64,000 nucleotides of DNA from the human T2T-CHM13v2.0 reference genome, Homo sapiens: assembly GCF_009914755.1 (NCBI RefSeq), contig NC_060935.1. One strand, 5' to 3'. The position numbers and the translations under genes were made by a program. Each line of letters opens with the position of its first letter. The stretch's first letter is position 1. A model generated the notes under the pieces. That model saw only the letters and a program-made list of their open reading frames with translations. It ran no database searches and was not told where the DNA came from. This document shows, one piece after another, positions 56,101 to 64,000 of this stretch.

Positions 56101-57404
56101 TGAGCCTCTGAATTCTGTAGTCTGAACAGGTGGCCATGGCGGCGACTGGGGACATGAGTGTCCAGAGTGCCTTGACAATTAGCTGCAAGGAAAAGCCAAG
56201 CTCAATTTGGCCCCATCCTGGCCAGGAGGCATAGCTGGACCTGGGAGGATGGGGCCAGACAGACCTTGCTCTTCATAGGCATCCTGGGTGCCATGTGGGC
56301 ACTGGAGAAATGAATTAGGATGGGTATCTGTGTCATAATTTCAAATTTATTTTTAGAATTTAAAATCTTGGTCATGTTATATTAAATTATGTAATAGATT
56401 ATCATAAAACGTCTGAGTCATTTCCAAGTAAGTTAAAATACTGAAACATTAATTACTAAACAAAAGTTAAGTTTATATACTTTGATATCTTGTTTTTTTA
56501 TGCTATAGAAAAGCTAAATATATTTAGATTTGTCAATAAACAAAAAATTGAGAAAACATATCTTTCTAAGATATTATGAAATAGTTTTTAACTACAAATT
56601 CTGATATAAAACAGTTCAAAAGCACAAACTTCCTAGATTTTCACTAGAAATTATGGTAAATAAGTGTTAAGATTTATATTAGTATATGTAATTAAGACCA
56701 CTAATGTGAGAATAATAATTCTATATGCAAATTGCACCAAAAAGAGGGGGACAAGATATGTTTTTGGTGAGAAAGTTATTAAAAAAGGCAGGAGAATGTG
56801 GTTTTATTGTTAAAGAAAACATGATTTTGTCTAGTTTAGAAGTAATTTAAAGGTTGTTTCAAATTGAAGGAATAAAAAAATGATATGGATAAAACTAAAA
56901 AGATATAAAAAGAGGATAGAAAAATATAAGAGGTTATAAAAGATTTATGGAAATCTTGTGTAAAATCTTGTATAAAATCTTGTATAAAAGATTTATGGAA
57001 ATCTCAGTAAGTCAAAGCTTACTGAGACTGGATAAATTTGTTTATAAGATTTTATTAAAATTAGGTTTAGTATGAATACACAAACACATGTAAAATTTGG
57101 TTTTCTCTTTTGAAAAAGATGTTTGTGTAGTATTAATAGGAAGCAAAAACTGTAGTAGTAAAGAAATGATGTTTAACCTTCTTTGAATTATCTTGTATAT
57201 GCATATTATTAACAGGTGTTCCAAAATTATATGATTCCTAAAATGTTGATATGCCTTGGTATATTTTATGTCATAATTATGACTATTTGGTTAAATTTTT
57301 ATAGAAAATAACCAAATTTCCTTGTCAATTGTGTCTTTAATCATGGCCATTTTAAGTCTTGTCATCCACAGTTAATTGCTTTATTTTGATGCCTTTTTTC
57401 CTAA

Positions 57405-57806
<402 letters not shown>

Positions 57807-59252
57807 TGAACTGGGTAACAATTTCAAAAACTCCAAGGAAAGAAAAATGGACTTATAAAATTTCTAACATAACATCAACCAGAATAAGAATGAATGACAT
57901 GGGATGAAACTTATGGAAAACTAAAATGACTTTTTTGCCTTTTTTTGTTTAAAACATTATTGATTCTTTTTATATTTTGTTTTCCAGAGTCAAGAAAACT
58001 TTTTTTCTTTCAAAGTTATCTATAGCTTGTAGCAATTGGGTAAAAAGTATCTGTGAGCAAAACTTATTTACTTTTCTCTCTACCTGATCCTTCCAGAATT
58101 TGAATACTATTCATGAGTATTCTTATTTTATGGCAACATAAATGTTTGTATAAATTCAGTAAGAATCTGTTTTCTTTTGTAACAGAACACAATTGGAGAC
58201 ATTGGTTATTTTACCATGGCTCTGACTGGAATGTAATATTCTCAAACATGACCAGATTGCTTTGAGGAACTGAGGTTGAATTTATAAGACCAATAGACTT
58301 GGGAAAACACAAGCCTAGTATCTTGTTTACGTGGTTCTCTAACAAGGTTCCTTGTGGCAAGTAAAGAACGTCACTTTCTGACAGGCCCAGGAAACTCGGG
58401 ATATTTAGGGGACCTCAAAAAAGAGGAACTCATCCTATTTGTACAGGTATTACAGAACCTTTGGCTTGGCTCGTAAGCATCACCAGGTTTTCAAAAGTCA
58501 TATCTGAAATTATTTACAGATTTGCTGGAACAATGTTCCAGCAAAACCAATCTAAAAAGATCCCATATGGCATATCACTATTTTTGGTACACTTTATGCA
58601 AACAATCAAGCCAAGTATAATAATGAGACTAACATTTATTTGGCTAATAAAGGTCTCACTATTACTTATTCTTGGTAGAAATGGGGGACTGAAAAGAGAA
58701 AAAATTATGTTCTGGAAGAAAACCTATAATACACCCATTATTAGGTAACAATGCCTCATTTGTTCGTTTGTTTGTTTGAGGTTTTATTATTTACCTCCTA
58801 TCCAAACCAAATTCTAAGACGTTAGTTCCTTCAAATATCTGGCTGTGACCCTTCAGACTAATGATTCCCATTTTTCTCCCACCCTTATTACTTTAATTGA
58901 CAGAAATTAAAACTGTGCTTTTCTTAAAGGCCTAAGTAGTAAAGCTAGATTACTTGTTATAAACTTTGAAAGAAATCACTACAGCAATTTATATGTAAAT
59001 GGCTTTTGTGCCTGCTGATATATGAACTATCCAGACAGTTCATTGGAACATCTGATTCAAACTGCAATCCAGAAAAATCTGCCAGTCTTCCACTGCCTGC
59101 CTACTCCAACTAAAGATGCTTCGGAGACTCTAGAAAAACTAGCTTATAGACGACTCCAGACATTAACTTTTATTTTTCTTCTGTTTCCATAGACATGCCT
59201 CTTATTAAAGATCTGTTTTCCTGCATCACATATAGAGGCTGAGATTTGAAAA

Positions 59253-59908
59253 TGTAGGAGCTCAGAAAATGACACCCCAAAATAAAGTCCTCAAAATCTG
59301 CTCTCTCTGACCTTCTCCCACCCTTCTGTCTCTGGCGTCTCCTTCTTTCCCAAGGTCAGCCATAGAAACCAGAATCCTTTTTCCCTGAGGTAGTTCATAG
59401 AAACCAGAATACCTTTTCCCCAAAGCCAACCATAAAATGTAAAAATATTATTCTAACTCCCCCAAACCTCCACAACACACACCTTTCTGTGTAAAAACTG
59501 ACCAAAAAGAAATTACCTGATCTGTCTTGTTTCATTGTAGGTCCCAAGACCTCCATTCCAGAGAGGGCCCTGCCCGAGACTCAGAAGGAAGGAATGCTCC
59601 GCAGAAAGGCCAAGAAGAATCTAACCAGGCAGGCCTTGCTGCATTTCCCCGCTCAGTCTATTACCATTATATTACACATTTTTTGTCCAATCATATTTCT
59701 ACATGGCTGTCCATACATTGTTAAACCTAGCATAAAAATGGACAACTTTCCCTGCATCTTTAGGTCTTCATTAGAAGGCTGCTATGTCACATAAAACTAT
59801 GACCCAATAAATTTATATGCCTTTTCTTCTATTAACCTGCCTTTAGTCAGTGATTTTTCAGTGATCCTTCAGAGGTCAAAGGGGGGGGGTTTTTCCTTGG
59901 CCCTTACA
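59253..59908 (+). mobile_element. MER39-like solo LTR nested in the provirus internal region
   Basis: tgtaggagctcagaaaatgacaccccaaaat...repeated catagaaaccagaat...aataaa...ccttggcccttaca (TG...CA). Confidence 0.75.
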
Positions 59909-60545
59909 AGAGCCCATCTGCAATGCCATCATAGGGAGCACAACTGTTTAACTGAACGGACCTATTCTCATGACTAAGAGACTGATTCAAGAAGATGTGG
60001 GATGCTTGTTCCAATAGGGATTTCTTTTCCCCTTTTACCAACTTCGTATCTCACAATCTCTAACCCAAATCTCCCCAAACCTACCAACTTGGGCTTTAAT
60101 ATGTGACACTCTAAAAATAAAAGTTTCAAATGGGGGACTAGAGGAAAATAAAAATATTCACCCCAAAATATTTCTTTGACATGTTTTGAGATGGCTATTC
60201 AGAGGGCCTGCAGACAGAATAGCCCTGAAAAGCTGACTTTTGTGGAGGAGATTTGCATCTCTAGAGAAGATCTCCATCCGTGAAATCAACAGGCAGGCTT
60301 TCTCTGCTCACTCCCTTGTCTAGATCTAGGAAGGACTGGCTCACGAGAGAAAGTGACTGAAAGTCTCACACCTTTGGGGGTTTAACAGTAACTTATACTT
60401 TCTGAGAGCTGCTACCTGTGAGGTATCATCTACAATAACAAGGCCACCTTTGCCAGCCTTGCCTTTCCTCTTCTTTCCCTCCCAGTACCTGTCTTGCCAT
60501 GCTCTGTGCATCTATTCTTTCTGTAACCTCAAGATGGTATAAAAG

Positions 60546-61250
60546 TGTTAAAAGAACAAACCTTAGCCAAATTAAATTTAACAGAGTTTAATTGAGCAAA
60601 GAATGATTCATGAATCAGGCAGCCTCCTGAGGCAGAATAGGCTCAGAGACTCCAACACAGCCACATAGTGGAAGAAGATTTGTGGACAGAAAAAGGAAAG
60701 TGACGGTCCGGGCATGGTGGCTCATGCCTGTAATCCCAGCACTTTGGGAGGCCAAGGCCAGTGGATCACATGAGGCCAGGAGTTCAAACCAGCTTGGTCA
60801 ACATGGTGAAACCCCGTCTCTACTAAAAATAGAAACACTAGCCAGGTATTGTGGTGCATGTCTAAAATCCCAGCTACTTGGGAGGCTGAGGCACAAGAAT
60901 CTCTTGAACCTAGGAAGCAGAGGTTGTGGTGAGCCGAGATTGCTCCACTGCACTCCAGCCTAGGTGACAGAGTGAGACCCTGTCCCAAAAAAAAATGGAA
61001 AGAGATGTACAGAAAAATAGAAATGAGGTACAGAAACAGCCAAGTTGGTTACAGCCTGGCATCTGCCTTATTTAAACACGGTTTGAACAGTTGACCTCCT
61101 TTGATTGGCCAAACCTCTGTGATTGGCACAAGAGTAGGCTACAGTCTGTTTACAACTGCATTTAGGTTATAGTTCACGATGTACAGAGAAATCTTTAGGC
61201 CAAACTTAAAATATGTAAGAAGGCAGCTTTGGACTAAACTTGATTTAACA
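60546..61250 (-). mobile_element. MER57 (A1/B-like) solo LTR
   Basis: tgttaaaagaac...cttgatttaaca termini; 4-bp TSD aaag (60542-60545, 61251-61254); tandem gattggc (CCAAT) motifs. Confidence 0.85.
60706..60995 (+). mobile_element. Alu (S/J) inside MER57
   Basis: Full dimer; degenerate TSD aaaggaaagtgac/aatggaaagagat. Confidence 0.95.
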
Positions 61251-61901
61251 AAAGAATCAACCATCTGGTCTTTTCTTTGAGTTTTCATATTTTGTATGAC
61301 TCCAGTGCACATGTGTGCCTCTTAATACATTTTGTATGCATTTTTTTCTGTTAATCTGCCTTTTGTCAGTTTATTTTCAGTGAACCTGCAGAGGGCAAAG
61401 AGGAAGTTTTTCCTTGCCACCTATGGGAGAACATCGCAGGGCCTTCTTCCTAGCTCCCAGAGCACAAACATTTCTTTAACTGGCTCTTGGTAGACAATTT
61501 AGGTCAACAGACAATTTCAACCGTGATTAGCACAAGAGTAGCAACTGTTTAAAATGTACAAAAATCCTATTACCTCTTCCCTGAAGCACACCCTTCGTAA
61601 CACCTATGCTCAAGGCACTGTTCTTAGTGTCAGAAGAGAAAGGAATCAAATTCTAGAACTTTAAAATTACAAATGAGTATGACATGGAAAACAAGTATGC
61701 TGTCCTCAGAGTTAAAACAAATATATCTATAATAATCTAGATGGAAACTTTCTGATGGATATTCTGGGTTTATTGAAAAGCAGAGATCACAGCTCTCAAT
61801 GTGAGCTTTGGTCTTATTCAAATTATGCTGTTTCCCATTATAATTAGAGGCAAACAGATTACTTTCCTCCTCGTTTATCCTTTTTAAAAAATGAGTATTC
61901 T

Positions 61902-62200
61902 GGCCAGGTGCAGTGGCTCACACCTGCAATCCCAGCACTTTGGGAGGTGGAGGCAGGTGGATCACTTGAGGACAGGAGTTCGAGACCAACCTGGCCAACA
62001 TGGTGAAACCCATGTCTACTAAAAAATACAAAAATTAGCTGTGCATGGTGGCATATGCCTGTAGTCTCAGCTACTAGGGAGGCTGAGGCATGAGAATTGC
62101 TTGAACCTGAGAGGTGGAGGTTGCAACGAGCTGAGGTTGCACCACGGCACTCCAGCCTGGGCAACAGAGCAAGACTCTGTCTCAAAAAAATATAAATAAA
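61902..62200 (+). mobile_element. AluS (Sx/Sz-like)
   Basis: Full dimer; TSD gagtatt on both sides. Confidence 0.95.
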
Positions 62201-62940
62201 AAGAGTATTTTGTTGAAAAACAGGAACAAAAACCCTAATATCATTAATTGCTAACAACACTTGCAGGCAGATACAAAGAAATGAACTCACTGAAATACAC
62301 TCTCAAACATACAGAGCACTCACCACACAACCCCTTTGTGTATTGAGACATTATATACACAAATTCTTAGCTATTGCAGTCACTGATCAATCTATTCCAG
62401 ATATTCTCCAAGTTTGTACAGTAATTACAACTGGATCTCTTAATTTGAGACTAGACTTCTTCAATCGTCTCTGTTTTTTGAGGTTTTCAACAACTTCACC
62501 AAGTATAAAAACCCGGCAATATCTCTTCCATTATAGATTTGATTCCTGTAAAAGGAAGTAATTTGATAGCCAAGGCTGGCTGTCTCTCTTGCTCTTTTTC
62601 TCTCTTTATCTTTTTCCCTGCAGTGCTCAGCACACTATCTACACTTCTATCTTCTTTCTTTGAAAGAAGAAATTGCTTTTCTTCACCATTCAATTGCAAA
62701 AAAAAAAGAGAGACCATAGACCCATAGTGTGTATCCATATCAACAGTATGACACAAGTCCATATTTTGCCATCAGAAAAGCTTAATTTCCTTTACAATAA
62801 AGACTTATTTCTTCTTACGTGAACCGTCTAAGACTTCCAGTGGCTAAGTGCTGGTGAATCTAAAAACAATGGCATCCCAAGCAACCCTCTCTAACACAAG
62901 ACATTTTAAAACTTCCTTCTTTCTTTTTATAGGTATATTA

Positions 62941-62983
62941 TCAGCCTGGGTGACAGAGCAAAACCCTATCTCAAAAAAAAAAA
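62941..62983 (+). mobile_element. Extremely 5'-truncated Alu (3' terminal about 30 nt plus A tail)
   Basis: cagcctgggtgacagagcaaaaccctatctc(A)11. Confidence 0.8.
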
Positions 62984-63499
62984 GCATATTCATTTTGAGC
63001 TTCAAATCCCAGTTAATGCAATCATTATAAATACATTTATGTCAAACCTGATGAAATCTGAAAATAAAATACAATTAAACAGAGCATAGCAGAAATTTAC
63101 ATCACAGTGTGAGATAATTTTACCCTAAGTACTTGCACTTGAGGTCAAAGTCATTTAGGCGTCTGTTCCTAGTGTTCCTATAGTTTCCTGAAATTGACAG
63201 CGATTGGAGAGCACAGTAACATGCTATCTGTTGACTATCTACAGCATTACCTCATCTAAAAACATTCAACATAACCATGCCCAGACTTGAAAGATCTGGC
63301 TGCCTGAACTCTTTCACAGCTCCTCCTTGGAAACTCATAAGTGACCTAAAGTCAAATTTGACCTAAAGTCAAATTTTACACCAAACAGGCTTTTCTTTTC
63401 GTTCTTTGTGTTTAGTTGTTTTTTGTTGGTCTGTTTTTCCTATTTGAAAATTAAGGAAATTGAACCAAAGACCCACAAGTTCTCTTCTAGCAAGACCAG

Positions 63500-63655
63500 A
63501 GTACTAGGTTTGAATCTACCCTGCCACTTGGGACGTGAGTGGCATAGGCAAGTTAGTTGAGCCACCACGGCTCACTTTTTTCATTTGTAACATTCTCATC
63601 CCAGGGTGGTTGTGAACATTAGGGAAAACATGCATAACAGGCTTAGTGCTGTGCC
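63500..63655 (+). mobile_element. MIR
   Basis: ctaggtttgaatctaccctgccactt...taggcaagtta...cagggtggttgtgaacatta. Confidence 0.7.
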
Positions 63656-63659
63656 AATT

Positions 63660-63911
63660 CTTTGCTACTCCCATGGAGACCTGGAGGACAACTCCCCTCC
63701 CCCTGAATATGGTCTGGCCTTAATGATTTGCCTGAATGATAGACCTCTGAGGCCAGGTCATAAGAAGCCTTTTAGACTCAACCTGGGCTTCTGAGAAGAG
63801 TAACTCTGGAAACCCCAAATGGCAGATTCATAAGCAAAATAAATGATTGTCATTATTTCAAGTCACTGAATTTTGGGGTGGTTTATTATATAGCAAGAGA
63901 TAACAAGAGCA
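63660..63911 (+). mobile_element. MLT1-type MaLR LTR remnant
   Basis: cagattcataagcaaaataaatgattgtcattatttcaagtcactgaattttggggtggtttattatatagcaagagataac is an MLT1 3' end. Confidence 0.7.
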
Positions 63912-64000
63912 CCCACGTAAGATCCTCAAGGGAGAGGCAGCTACTAATTCATCTTTATATTCCCCAGGAGTGTCAAATCCAGACAGGTGTCTGTTTACTC

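Larger units (their letters stand above)
60139..61425 (+). mobile_element. 3' LTR of the provirus, split by MER57 plus Alu
   Basis: Colinear with 52621-53197 once 60546-61250 is removed. Confidence 0.85.

Noticed and set aside
61628-61800. AG...GT-bounded 173-nt candidate exon on the plus strand
   Set aside because: Stops in all three frames and weak splice sites

Overview
This is non-coding primate genomic DNA, probably human or another catarrhine: it carries AluJ/S/Y elements, including a Yd-lineage copy, and L1PA/PB/MA elements. Transposable-element relics dominate the window. They include about 20 Alus, a near full-length old L1MA (15.6-25.9 kb) with an internally deleted L1PB nested inside it, several 5'-truncated L1s, L2 and MIR fragments, MaLR LTRs, HERV16/ERVL remnants with recognisable integrase and dUTPase motifs, and a two-LTR MER4-group ERV1 provirus (52.6-61.4 kb) containing further nested LTRs and Alus. 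I can support no protein-coding gene, RNA gene, CRISPR array or new multi-gene system. The supplied ORFs are explained by Alu/L1/ERV relics, simple repeats or chance. Repeat-poor stretches at about 1-960, 6.3-10.8 kb and 33.7-35.9 kb carry promoter/enhancer-like motifs, but I cannot name a host gene. The most interesting signals are mechanistic footprints: three Alus inserted serially at one endonuclease nick (48.0-48.9 kb), a 115-bp locally templated copy (12.2 vs 13.5 kb), an L1PB that keeps both ends but lacks its middle, an exact 11-bp micro-inversion in an L1, and an LTR inserted at the TATA box of another LTR. Subfamily names come from recalled consensus sequences and need RepeatMasker/Dfam confirmation. 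Boundaries of old elements are approximate.
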